From the human T2T-CHM13v2.0 reference genome, Homo sapiens, in NCBI RefSeq assembly GCF_009914755.1, contig NC_060925.1: 64,000 nucleotides of DNA; one strand, given 5' to 3'. The notes under the pieces are model-generated. The model made no database searches and was not told the DNA's origin. It worked only from the letters and a program-made list of their open reading frames with translations. The position numbers and the translations under genes were made by a program. Shown in pieces: positions 13,865-29,261 of this stretch; within the stretch, counting starts at the first letter, position 1; each line of letters opens with the position of its first letter.

Positions 13865-14214
13865 CAAAATGGAGATTTCTAACAACTAAAAATAGTTGAA
13901 AAATTGTTTTCGATGGCATGAAAAACATTAGAATTGATAATAGTTTAAAAATATATAATACAGTTACAGACTGTTCAATCTTTTTTTCAGGAAAAAAACT
14001 AACCAAATATATTGAACATTTTCTCATTAAAAAAATCATGAATGTATGAGCATCTGCTTCACTTATTTACAAAGTCATGTTGACAGAGCCTCCAAAGTTC
14101 CTGATGAAGTATTGATATTCAAATGACTTTATTCCCAAACAACATGAATAGCTACATAAAAGTTAATATAAATCAATTTAATTACTAAAATATGGTTTTG
14201 TTACAGATTAATAA

Positions 14215-14460
14215 TAACATCTGTAACTTAAGCTTACTATATGCTACGCCTATATGTAAATGATTTACATATATTATTAATTCATTTCTTCTAAATAACT
14301 CTAGGATATTCATACTATAGTCATCCCCCTTACAGCATGAGGACCATGAAGAACAGGTAGACTAAGTAACTCATTAAGACGATGAAGTTAGAAGGAGGAC
14401 AGCCAGGTTTCCAGCTGGGGCAGCCTGGCTCCAGAGACCCCACTCTCAGCCAATATACCA
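14215..14460 (-). mobile_element. MIR
   Basis: TTACAGCATGAGGA..TAAGTAACT..CTGGCTCCAGAG core. Confidence 0.6.
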
Positions 14461-15262
14461 GATAGACTCTAATTAGTGTAATATTTATTGTATTATGAAG
14501 AATACAACAATTTATGCCACAACAAAGGAAAAATTCAGAGCAATAGAATAATAGAATTATTTTTCTAACTTTTACATTTTCGAAGAAAAATAAACCAAGC
14601 AGATCCCATCATAGGAGAAAATAGTAACTCATAAGAAAATTAATACCCTAACATGAAGCAAGTCAAGTCAAATGCACAAATATTTTTGTGGATCTATTAT
14701 GGGCACACTAATATGTCAGTTGCTATTGGGACTACAATTTAGTATAAAGGTGCACTCCTTGCTCTCCTTGGGGTTTATAGGATAATTTGAAAATAAAATA
14801 GATTCCGGAAGATCACAGAACATAAATCTTTAGAGTCAAAATTTCATATAATGAAAGAGTGGTTGTGGTACAGGGTATGGAGGAGGCACAGAATCACAGA
14901 ATGAGCTAAAGTACATTCATTCAGTTGTCTGAAAGCATATTCAACAAATCATAAAATTATGTCATCCAGATCTCCTAGGAATGTGAGGACACAGGCAACC
15001 TTATTGCCTTGGTTGTAAAAATGAAGCAGTGAGATTAGTGAAAGGGTGGAAGAATTCTTACTAATGCAAAACTAACAGAAATTTGGGCCCACTTAACAAC
15101 TGCCAGTTTGGTTCCAACAAGAAAGAGAAGGAGAGATACACTATAAAACAAACAATAAATCGATTAAACCTGACACTGTACCAACAAACAAGAAGAAACA
15201 CAATTCAATTCAATAAATATTGAAAATAGTGTTTAGCAGAAGAGGAAACATCCTATATTAGG

Positions 15263-15362
15263 AAATATATATATTTATATCATATATAGAAATATATATT
15301 CATATATTTATATTATATTTATATTATACATATATGTATAATAAAATATACATATACATATT
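15263..15362. repeat. Degenerate (TA)n low-complexity tract
   Basis: Seen directly. Confidence 0.8.
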
Positions 15363-18300
15363 TTAAATAAACGTTTAGAACTTTCCAGTGAATGGACAAT
15401 ATTTGTAAAGCAGAAATGCAGTTACAGAAAGTTTGTGCTTAATCTCCTGATAGCCTTTACAGTCTATCTAGAACAACAAAATCCCAAGTTAATGTGACGT
15501 GATATGGAGTCGTACATTCTTAGAGGGAATAGAGGAGACTTTTTAAAAGTAGAACCATTTTGAGTTTTTCAAAAGAAAGATATTTAAGGCTGACGTTATA
15601 TCAATTGAGTCAGAAATTGGACACCATTGCCTTTAAAATTTGAGCTAGTGTTTAATGAAGTATTCAATTAAATTATGCTGATCGGCACATAACATATTCC
15701 ATGCACATGGATATGGAATATGTAGTCTTTTGTTCCTACTTCCCACTCCCTGGTACAATCCAAAAAGTGATGGAAGAAACAGAATTATGTAAAGTAATGA
15801 TGATTACTTATCACTCTTATTATCCTTAGTGGCAACGAAATAATTAGCAACTATAATCCCAAACTCTTATCCAAGTTTATTTTATAAATGATATACTTAT
15901 CTTTTCTATAAGCTGTTGAGGCACTTATCATTTTATGATAGGGAATATTTATTACAGATATATTAGGTGTATAACACTAAAAAAGTTATTTTACATTCTC
16001 CATTGTGAAACAAATTTAGAAACTTACAAAGATTGTGGAATATTTCAGAAAAAACTGACATTAAAAATGTAATCTCCTTTCAATTTTCCAATTAGCTTAG
16101 CTTTTCAAGTTCTTATTATTGATATATTTGAGATTTTAAAAGTATTTTCATTTACAATATTATTGCAACCAGAGACTTCTGAGAGTGTAATTTATCACTG
16201 TACTTTATATGTACTCTGTCAAGTTTACTTCATTACTTGAATTTTTCAGTATGTCTTTATGTAATGCATTTACCAAAGATTTTCTGTGTTGCCACTATGG
16301 AATGTTCCCTGTGCTGGATGCTGGCAGGAATAATTCAACAGGGAACAGAAGAAAATATAGGTGGATACACAGAATGTATATAAGGCCATTTGCTGATGTT
16401 CTCAAGTGTTGAGAAGTGGAAGCTTTATACCATAGTATAAGATAACATTGGTACATTTAATAAATATTATAATTAGAAATTTGAACTGGGGTAAAATTTT
16501 GAACTTTGGCTATGGGGAGTACTAATGGTACCATTTGCAATAATAGTGAATTTGAGAAAAGATCTGTTTTAGGTAAATCTGATAAGGTGAACTTTTTTTT
16601 TTTTACTTTGTGCAAATCTCTCTTAATGTACACATTCCTCACTTTGTAATAAAATTAATTGATTACAGATCTGCCTCCACCCTAGTCTATGGAATTTTAA
16701 AGCCCATGCAATGACTCGCTCATTTTCATACTCTCTAGAATATAATTTGGCACCTGGCATTCATTAGGTACTCAGTAAATGTTTGTCACATGCCTGAGCA
16801 AAAATTTAGGATGAAAGGAGGTCTTCTGCGAAATGGGGAGTGGAAAACTAGATTTAAGAGTCATTTTTACACAAAAAGGAAATAGTGCCTACTGTAAGTC
16901 TAGCCACTGTCTGGCACAGAGAAGTTCATTTATATGTCTTGAGGAATGAATGCACGTATGAATGGATAAATGAAAGAATGAACAAGACATTCATTTCACT
17001 GAAGAAATAAATACGATAAGGAGAGAAAATGAACAAATTCTGAACTTTGGAAAGTAAAAAGCTAGAGGAAGAAAAGCAGTCAGTGATAGGCTTGGAAAGG
17101 AATAGTTAAAAGAAGCAGCAAGGTAATAGAGTGTCACAAACAAGAATATGCTCTAGTTTTGTTTCCAAGTCTTTTACATTATTTCATTTTAATTCTGACA
17201 ATAGTCCTGAGAGGTAGAAAGATAATGTATTACTACGCTTTTTTTTAGTAGATAAAGAAATTGAGCCTCAGAAAGTTTAAGTGACTTGGAGGAGAGCATT
17301 TTAAACAGAATTCTTAACATTATCAATCATAAAATGCAGAAAATATACTAAGGACTGAAAGGATGTCACTGCATTTGGCATGCAGTTCACTGAAGTCTGG
17401 GCAAAGTGAGGTTGAAAAGGAGAAAAGTGGAGGGGTGGAAAGAGAAGTAAACATTTTAAAAGATGAATGCATTAAAACAGGTATCACATATGTGATAATC
17501 ACTAGGTACCATCCAGAAATGACATGACATAGTGTTAGGATGGGGAAGAATTTATGGTAGAAGAGGATTAACATGAATATCTTCTCTTCTTACCCAAATG
17601 GACATCTTGCTTCCAATAAAATGCTTTTCATTTTATTTTACATATATGTGTGCACATGACAGTTTTCTGACTTTGAAACTATTAAGATTTTAAATCCTAT
17701 TGAGTAAGATCTTCTTGATCAAATTCTAACAAACACTGCTTCTGTGACTCCTTTATTTAATGTTTTCCATCCAAAAGAACAGTACTGAAAACATTTAGAT
17801 GGGAGTCCAGGAATGAATGCTATCTCACACTGCAGCTCTGCCAGCTCCCCTCTCACTTGGAGAATAACTTCTTATTAAAGTAAACATGGAAGGCTCCTGG
17901 TAAAGTTAGTAATTCTACTTAAGGATAATTTCTACAGGCAGTTTATTATTTCAAACCAGAAGAGGAAAAAAAAATAGCGAAGAAACATTTTTTTCCTTGA
18001 CTTCTCTAAATTTATAAGAGGTGGCATATGTGAAGTACTAGAAGAAATATACACAGTAAATTCTGGAATAAAATGCATAAATTCTGAAATGACCTAGTCA
18101 AACTTGAATAGATCAAATTTTCTCCTTCTTCATATTTTATATGCTAACTTAAATCTTTTATTCTTCATACATACATACACAAATACACATGCCTGCGCGC
18201 ACACACACACAAGCACAAGCTTATAAAATCGTATCTGAGATTGCAAAAGCTGTTTTCTGAGCCAAATCTGTTCAGGTTTGTTTAGGAAAATATAATTATT

Positions 18301-19512
18301 ATTAATATTAGGATTGTCAATTATGGAACACAAATTTAAATAGTTAAGCTAACCTTTTTGGATAGGCAAATAATCAACAGAATTGCTAGTTAAACATGAT
18401 TCAACATTTTACTCAATTTTTGGTGATGTACATAGTATTTAATAGTAAGAAGAATGGGATTTTTAAGATAATATAAGCACTTTATATATCATTCTTTCTT
18501 CCTTCCTGAATTCAGTTAAATAAATAAACTATACTCTGACTGTGTCTACATACCACATAAATGTCTAGATAAAAAGTGACAAATTTAGGCCATCATCCAG
18601 CTATTTGAAAACATTTATCTCGATGACATTAAACATCTGGATGTTTCCACATACCAAGATGTTTGATGCCCTGCAGATAAAATATCTGATGACTAGTTGA
18701 ATCCTTTACTTATCTGTGGCATAAAAATATACATTTTCATGTATATATCTCTTCCAACTTCAGACAAAAAATGTAATTTTAGCATGGATATAGTAGGAAG
18801 TCATAGGAATCATCAGGTTTAGAGAGATTTTTGGTATGGTTGTTCTTAATGAATCTCTGACCTAGAAAAACATATTTTATTTTCCCTTCAGAAAACAAAA
18901 GAGTTAATTGTCATTTCAATAATGTGAATTAAAAGGTAAAAGGATTTGTAAAATGAAAGTACCTAGATACATAAGCTTTCATCTACAATGACCCACAGAA
19001 ACACTGTATGTGGGAAAAGTATAACATAAAGTAGTCTTACTTGACTGAATCATTATTCAGTTGAAATGTTATATAAAACATTTCTTTCTCTCATTATCTT
19101 TTTAAAAAACATTTTGTTTTTCTTAGCATGCTCATTTATGCCATCCAGGTGAAAATGACAGACATTTAAACTTTCTAATTTGATAATTCTGACATCTGAA
19201 GTGATGATCTGGCACAAGGATGGTAATAAACACAAATTCTATTTTTGGCCATTCATTAGATTTTGATTTGTCTGAATCATTGAAGACTGGCTGTTCCAAC
19301 TACTCTGCCTCATTTTCTTACTCTAGTCTAATTGAAGAAAAAGCCATTCTTCTATAAGAAACAAGGCAAATATCATTATAGAGTAGAATATGTGTTTTGG
19401 TTATAAGCTTAAAAGAAAGATTAATGTTCTTTTCAATACTTGCCACTTTAAAAATAATTCTATATAAGCATTAAATAACATTTCTAAGCCTTTTGAATCA
19501 AGATTGCTTTTA

Positions 19513-19845
<333 letters not shown>

Positions 19846-20904
19846 CTAAAACAAAACAGAACAGAGAAGAAACTTGAAAATGTTTCTTATTCCACACAGT
19901 ATTTGATTTCTAATTGAATTACACATGCTAAAGCTTATGATATTAAGTCAATATGCAGCTTTTTCTTTCACCAAACCTGAGTTTCAGTTACCAGTTATTT
20001 GCATTTTGTAAATCACTGACTCAGGGAGTCTTGAATTGGAGTTGTAATGTGGACGTTTATAGATCACGGCATCATAAGGTATTTCTCAAGTTTTAAGTAC
20101 TGCATGCTCTACATTTGGTAGTTTGTGAGGTTTCTGACCATAGTAGCCTATTATTTTTATGTTTTCAATTCAGTAGATTAAGGTCTCTTTTTTTAATCAT
20201 GCTGCATATTAAAATAAATACTTCTGTTTATTACCAGGTTGCATACATCCAAGCTGGAAAAAAGTCAATAAAGTGGGTGAGCCAATCTGTGCAAGTACAT
20301 GATTAGAATGGTAGGTAGGAGAAAAAGACTAGAGAAACTCTGTAGAACTAAGAAATAAAAAACATTTTTTCTTCCCTTTATAAAACCACAGAAGCAAATA
20401 CTATAAATGAAAAACTGAGGACAGCGAAACAAGCATGTCCTCCTGATGAATGCCCAGTTCTTCCCCATTTCCTACGTAATTCATTTTGCCATAAAATCTG
20501 GATACCTCGGTTTCTGTTTGTTTTCATATGCATAATGGAATGTTCATTGAGACAGAATATTAATGTTTACTCATTTGCTTATTTTTCCATTAATTGTTTT
20601 TGGAGAAATCCAGGCCTTTGTCAATGCAATCAGAAGTACTATGTTGAATGTTCTTTTTTTAAAAAATGCAAAAATGTCCTACTGAAGTGTTTTGGGATGT
20701 TGTCTTATTATTTTCCTTCACTCTGAAAGCCAGGTAGATTCTCAATAGGCTCCCTGGGTAATGTTTCCACTGAGGTTGTGTGTATGAGGCTTCAAACTAA
20801 GAGTTATCTGAGCTTTGTCAAGATGGAAAAACTGAGACATAAAATAATTAACTCAATGCTGTAATCAAGCCATGGGCCCATCTTTCAACAACCTATCCAG
20901 AGCT

Positions 20905-21075
20905 AGTGCCATGCATCACAATCACCTGGAAGGCTAATTAAACCAGACTGCGCAGGCCCATTTTCAGAGTTTCTAACTTTGGAGGGTTAAGTGGGGACTG
21001 AGGATTTGCATGTCTAACAAATGCCTAAGGTGATGCTATGCTTCTAGTGCACAGATGATACTTTGTTAACCACTG
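20905..21075. mobile_element. MER5A-like hAT-Charlie relic
   Basis: CAATCACCTGG..ATTTGCATGTCTAACAA..AGGTGATGCT..CTTTGTTAACCACTG. Confidence 0.7.
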
Positions 21076-21119
21076 TCTTTATTAGATTATAGCTGACTGG
21101 CTCAGCACTTGTTCTCTAT

Positions 21120-21348
21120 GATGCATTTTCAAAGACAGGAATATTGCCCCTAGGGAGCAAAAATTAATTCTTGGGGGAAAGAAAAAAATCCTCAGATATC
21201 ATAATGGTCTTGTCCCTTCAAGAAGAGCTAAAGTATGTAAACAGTTATACAGTATATCTATGGTATTAAAATCATAGCAGGGAGGATTAAGAAAAAAATC
21301 TAAAGATACTCCCAAAAAGGGTAAGAAGAAAATGGTTGGGAAACACTG
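21120..21348 (-). mobile_element. MER112-like hAT-Charlie relic
   Basis: ATATTGCCCCTAGGG..AAAATTAATTCTTGGGGG..ATACAGTATATCTATGGTATTAAAAT..GGTTGGGAAACACTG. Confidence 0.65.
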
Positions 21349-23038
21349 ATCTATACTATACATTATTTTGAAGCTATTCAATCTATGTCTTATTTAGGAT
21401 ATTTTTAATATTGTCATTAAAGGCTTAAAAATTGGAACCACATAAAAATTATTACACAGTCTTTCCCTTTTTATTATGAAAATCAAGAAATTAGCAATAT
21501 AAAACAAAACATGTGGGATGTTATGCTGGTAAACATACAAAACAGTTGATATAAAACTGCTCACTCCTCAGACAGGAAGATTAGAGGTAAGCGGAATTGA
21601 ATCAAATTTGAAAACTGCTCTGCTGCTTATTTGGGATAGTTTCCTTATATATAAAATGGGGAGAACACCATCTCATTAATCGGTATGTGTGGTGTTACTT
21701 AAAACAACTCCAAAATGTAAAATGCCTAAAGCAGAATTTAGCATATAGAAGGCTATGTACTCATAGTTGCTATTTTCTGAATTCACTTTTTTTTTCTCTG
21801 AATCATTCTTCAGCTATTCAATATCACTTAGAAATAAGATTGTGATTTCAAGAGAAAGGTGGCCCAATAACAAAGGTTAGTAAAAGGCAGCACAAAGACA
21901 AACCTTAGACTCCTCTTTAGTTTTCTACAAAATAAAAATGTATGATTTCTGGAAGGCAAATTATTCCTTGAATAATTCAAATTACAAAATAAATATGATT
22001 CCAATATGTAAAATATGTTTTCTGTATCGCTTTTGTCACATTTGTGCCACATATCACCTTATAACTCATCAATATAAACCAGTTTATTGTGTTTCAAAAT
22101 GTCAAGTGGTGCTACATTTTAATGATAATGCCACACTTGACTGAATAACAACTCCAAATGTTTATGGTTTGAATAAATCAATATACAATGTGTACCTGTA
22201 ACAGTACTGTTTTCTGTGGAGGGCAGAAATGAAACACTGAACTATGCTGTACCTATTGGGAATATGTCTTACAGATCGATTTAGGATCTGTTTGATCCCA
22301 CTCTATCTTTGCTATCTATTAATACCTCTACAGTATCTGTTATTACATATAGATAATCTCTTATATATTTTGGCAAATTTGGCATTAAATTTGGAAACAA
22401 AAAATTGGACATGACTAAATCAAAAACTTCTATGAATTTAAAATAAAGATTATTAATCACTGAATGCCTAAGCATGTTTTAGTAATGTTTAGTAATGTTC
22501 TCACCATGGTTTTGATTTTTGAGGACCTTGTATAACCATATATAGTTACAAACATAAAAAAACTGGCTTTAGCATATGCTCATCTATGTGCCCCAGGTTT
22601 GATTACATGTATTCAAATATCTGGCATTCTTACCAATTATCCGACAGTGCACTGGGGATGGCATGAGCACTGGACCCCACAGAGATTCATCTGCATTTTT
22701 GCTTTTGAAACTTTAGAGATTTTCTTCACTCACTAGTACATGTAGAACTAGACTATTAAGCAGCAGACATAAATCACACCACTTCTGCTATTTAGCTCGA
22801 TAGCTAGATTTTCCATTTTACATAAGAAAGGGAAAATTGTTTAAAGAAAAAATAGTAATATCATTTGCATATATATATTTGTTTGGAAAGTATTAATATT
22901 GGGAGAGTGAGATCATGTTAAGATTTATCTTGGGAAATAGGGAAATACTAGGACAATGAAAACACAGGGTAAACTTGTATAGTGAATGCTTATCATTTTA
23001 TGCTGCCTTGGCATCTATTTTAAATATAAGTTGGACTT

Positions 23039-23571
23039 TGTTATAGCAGAAGAAAGATTCAGTCACCCTTGACACACATAGTTTCCAATTCTATACTCTA
23101 CCTCCCTGCAGCACCCCCGTTTCTCAGTGTGGTGGATCAAGATATTTCCCTTATACACCTGCTCCCTGATCACCACATCCCTATGAAACGAGTAGATGCA
23201 GCCTGCTGGACTGGTCCTGCTGACCCTCCACCCTGCATGGACTGTGCAGACACACCACAGTGACTGCCTCTCAGTCAATGCTTGACGTCCTGGAACTTGT
23301 GCCTGCTTGCTTTAAACCAACCAGTTAAAATTTCCCACGAGAAACCTGTTTGGATAACGCCCTGGACCCATAAATAAAGGCACTGGCCCGCAGGTCCCAT
23401 TTTCTCTCTTTCTCTTTCTCTCTCTCCATGCACTCCTAACCTCCGTGTGTGTGGCCTCTGTGCATTATGTGTACCCCTTCAGGAACTGTAAGTAATAAAA
23501 TCTTTATTTCCATCTTGAGCCTGTCCCAATCATTGAAGGAATGCTCTCATCTTAAAGATCCTAAATTAAAA
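23039..23571 (+). mobile_element. ERVL-class solo LTR (MER73/MER74-like)
   Basis: GC-richer island starting TGTT, with TATA-like ATAAATAAAGG, a CT tract and AATAAA. Family from recalled consensus. Confidence 0.6.
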
Positions 23572-23680
23572 TTGACATTACATGTGAAGTGAAATATACT
23601 TTGAAATATTTTTGGACATTATAAGGATTTACTTTCACTATTTAACAAATCTATTATTTGTCTTGTTATAAGTATTGTCT

Positions 23681-24021
<341 letters not shown>

Positions 24022-24599
24022 TAAATCTTGTTTTATAAGAAGATAAATAATAATGGTAATAAGTATTTATAACACTTAAAAGTATTCTTTTAAGTGCTTT
24101 ACAGGTAATTCACTTAATCTTCACACAGAAAATACATATAATGCTTTACCTGTAACTCAATCTTCAGACAGAAAATGTTATGACACCCATATATTTGTTA
24201 CAAAAAAAAAGTATTTAGCTTCAAACCGACTTTGTCTCCGTGCTGTGGTGCAAAAAGCCAAAACCGCACTGGGCATCATCATGATTTTACAGATTTAGCA
24301 TACAGCCTTAGGCACACTGCTGCTTGCTGGCCTCACAAAGAAAAAAAAAATCTGTGGACAAGCATTATTTTCTTCCTACAGAGGAGAAACTGAGGCTCAG
24401 AGAAGCCAAAAATACACTAAGGGATGAAAAAACTTATCTGAAATTAGGATCTGGCTGAAACGAAATCCTATGTGATCTTCATTATGTCCAAGAATAACAA
24501 CTGTAGTATATTTGAAATAATGAGACTGTATGATTCTAGTTGCTGAACCTCAAACAAAGCAAAGTGGAAAAGGAAAAGCTAAAGTGAAAGGTGAAGGGC

Positions 24600-24880
24600 T
24601 TGGCTAGACATAGTTCCCTTTGTGGGAAGAGGAGACTCAAGCTTCCCAGTCTAAGCTCATTTACAGGTACTATAAAATCATGAAATATAGGAACCACATG
24701 ATGGATTTATGAACCCAATACTGTAAACGAGTTAATAGAGACACCTTGAATCCAGATAAAGAGTAAATTTAGAACAAAAAAAAGTACTACTTCACAAAGT
24801 GGATATTAGATACACAGAACATATTATCTTAAGATACAAAATTTAAAAACTAACAGAATTTAAATAAGTTTGTTCGATAG
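24600..24880 (+). mobile_element. Ancient CR1/L3-type LINE 3' fragment
   Basis: AAATTTAGAACAAAAAAAAGTACTACTTCACA resembles the CR1 3' region. Confidence 0.4.
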
Positions 24881-25768
24881 TAAACTCGTTCTCAACACTC
24901 TTTAGAGGAAGAATACCTTATTTAACATTCTATCCTTTATGTCCAAGAGTGATATTAAAATAGTCAACAATTGATAAGTATAAGCCCATGAACATTAAGA
25001 TAGACACCCAGCAAATCAGAATATATGCCAGTCAATAAGCCAACGAAGAGGCATCAAGTGAATGTCACATGGAAGGACAGGGCATCAAGACTGGTCACAG
25101 CCCTACCTGTGTCTATCAAAATGATTGGCACACAGTAGACCTTGAATACAGTTTTGTTTAGTAGAATGAAGGACAAATTATTATGAAAATCTGAAGAACA
25201 TTCAAATTAAGGAAAGTACAACCAACTAGTAGTATACTGAGTGAATGGCTATTAAACCTCCATCCCAATGTAAGTAACAGGACACAGCAGAAGACATGCT
25301 ACCTGCCCAGATCATCCTATGTTGCGAGGTTGAAATAAAAAAGCAAATGGTGTTCCTCATCAGTTGTCAAGTTATGCTGCTATCAGAAAACATGGACCAA
25401 ATTGACCTGTGGTCTAACCACATGCAGCGTTACTGTTTAAATTAACCAGCCTTCTGTGACAAGTAATTCACACATGTCAGTGTTAGTGCCTTTTAACAAC
25501 TAATGTTTGTCAATAATCATTAATAATCAGTAACTCTGAATCTGGATATGAATGCTTCTCCTCATGGCACCCATATATATTTATTTGTTTGATGGAGCAT
25601 GTCTTTATGAGGGACAACTGGTTTATCAAGCAAACATGCCAACCTCTCTTTTCCTAGTCTCCACCAATAAAGTAGTAAGCAGCTATAAGGGTCCATTTTT
25701 TACATTTGACAAATCAGGTTGTCACTTTCTTTTTACACAGTAGTGGGAAAGTTAAAAAAAATTCTCAG

Positions 25769-25812
25769 CTTTGATTTTCACCTCCATATTCAGGAAAGAT
25801 ATGTGGCTGATG
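25769..25812 (-). other. Latent 44-nt DPYD pseudoexon activated by HapB3 c.1129-5923C>G (wild-type allele here)
   Basis: 19845+5923=25768 is C on the minus strand in AAAG|CTGAGA; C>G gives AAG|GTGAGA. An acceptor TATTTTTATTTCACTCAG| lies exactly 44 nt upstream (AG at 25814-25813). Confidence 0.95.
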
Positions 25813-26448
25813 CTGAGTGAAATAAAAATAGCATGCTATAAACTTGCAATAATGATCATCATTTTAATGATTAACTTTATGTAATGCGATGATTTGGTCT
25901 GATTAATATTACAGGCATCATACTCTAGAAATTATGAAACAACTTAATTTTCTATAATTAAAAGCATGATGTCAACTCACTTTTAGATTGCACATAGGCA
26001 AAGCAAGAATAGGTTATAAAGTATAATGAGCAGAGCTCAAAACCAGCATATATTAAATTCTGGAATAACTTCTAATAAGCCAAAGTTTGAGAAGCAATAT
26101 GAAGAAACAACATTCTTTATAAAGGTTACCCTCTAATACTAATTGACCATTTATCCATTCTATATGAACACAAAAACCTAAAAATATTATTTAGAAGCAA
26201 AATTGTTTAGAAGTCCACTTTGGCCAGTGATAAACCTAGAAAATATTATCTCATTTCATCACTGTTAAATTATTGGATGTACCAGAAACATTCAGAGCCA
26301 TGTGGTAAGAGCACCCTCTATGCATAAATCTAACCAAACATTTGTTAAATATTATGTACAAAAATAGTGCTGTGAGCTACAGTTAAAATAAACTCTGCCT
26401 TAAAAATCTCATAGAAGCAGAAAATCAGCATTTGTAGGTAATAATGTA

Positions 26449-26812
26449 TGACAAACATTATTTGCTTGACCCAACTTTAGTCAGGTTTCTGAACCTTTTC
26501 CTAAGCCCACTTGTGTGCTTTTTTGTAAAATCCAGATTTAGCAATAACCCTGCTAAGTCAGTTTAGCAAAATCCCTCACCCTTGATATCTAATCATCTTC
26601 AATATCTCATCAGGTACCTCATCCTCCACTATGACCCAGGTGATGTCTTACCCTCGCCTGTCTTCTGCAAGAATCCTGTTAGATTGATTTAGCCAACAGG
26701 ATTAAGCCTTACCTTGATGTTTCCTTTCAGTAATATTTTATCTACTAACCCGCAACCTACTCCTTGGCTATTACTTCCTACCTCCGCATTCTGTATTTGG
26801 AGTTTAACTCTC
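26449..26812 (+). mobile_element. MER31-like ERV1 LTR fragment
   Basis: TGACAAA..GCTTGACCCAACTTTAGTCAGG..TGTAAAATCCAG..ACCCTGCTAAGTCAGTTTAGC. Confidence 0.7.
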
Positions 26813-26834
26813 ATTTGGGGGATAAAAAGTGTCA

Positions 26835-27303
<469 letters not shown>

Positions 27304-27336
27304 CTAGCAGTAGTGCAGATCAAGGAAGGGCAGCAT

Positions 27337-27792
<456 letters not shown>

Positions 27793-28782
27793 TTATCTCA
27801 AGAAGAAAAGAAGGAAAGCAGCTTGGTTAAAGCTCTATGTAATATGTAAACATCCTACTGGGAAACAAACTATTGTCATTTATAAGTGGAAGAGTCCTTA
27901 CCAATGGAATGCTTTTGGCATGGCGTATCTGTTAGTTTAGGATTGCTATAGTAAACAAACCTGGAAACGTGAATTTAGGGGGCATAGATCACTATAAAGA
28001 GTAATGCAAGTTACATAACTATCTGAGTATAAATTAGATGTCTCATAAGTGAAACAAGTTTTTTGACCTAAGTGATGGAGCTACTTACATGACTTAGAGA
28101 CCACATGTTAATCTGGTTTAGAGCAAATCCTAATGCAGCAAGATAGAACCTGAGGAAATCTGTGGGCAGTGGTCCTGCACTTCTTGTTTACCTGAGTTTG
28201 TTTTTAATTGTATCCTTGAAGTTAATAATAAAGTTTGATACAGAGTGATATTTAATTCATATGAATTTGATTTCACAATCCAATCTTCTAGTTATCTTGG
28301 TTACCAAGGACATGAAGGAGGGTAAAGGAAGAGGCATCAAACTCGGCCCATTCACACTTGATCTCATATTCTTTAATTTACTAAACAGTTTTTTAATATT
28401 TAGTAATTTTTGACTTATTTTATTTTGAGTGGTGAAATGCAGAACAATTTTTATATGTTAATTAATCTCTGGCCTGTACAAGCAAATTCTGCAATTATTC
28501 TTTTAATTAGGCAAAAAAAGTTTGCTGAGACCACAAATTGACATTCCTTCTTTTAGTACCTGGTATGGTATTACAGGCTTCATTCACATATAGAATGTTT
28601 TCATTTTAAGTTTTTTAAAGTTGAAGAATCTTGAACATAAAGAAACATTTATCCAAATGAGAGTTGTACTACACATTGGATAAATATAGTCGTCCCTTAA
28701 CTGAGTCCTTACTAATTTTATTGTGTCACTATTGTGCTGCAAAACCCAGATATGCAATGTAAGGAATAATTTAGAGGCTTAA

Positions 28783-29145
<363 letters not shown>

Positions 29146-29195
29146 AAAAAGAGTATTTTTAAACACTATTCATTTACTATTGATGACATTTTCTT

Positions 29196-29261
29196 TTTTT
29201 ATTATTATTATACTTTAAGATTTAGGGTACATGTGCACAATGTGCAGGTTAGTTACATATG
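29196..29261 (-). mobile_element. ~65-bp L1PA 3'-end insertion
   Basis: TTATTATACTTTAAGATTTAGGGTACATGTGCACAATGTGCAGGTTAGTTACATATG, flanked by TSD TGATGAC(A/G)TTTTCTT at 29181-29195 and 29260-29274. Confidence 0.9.
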
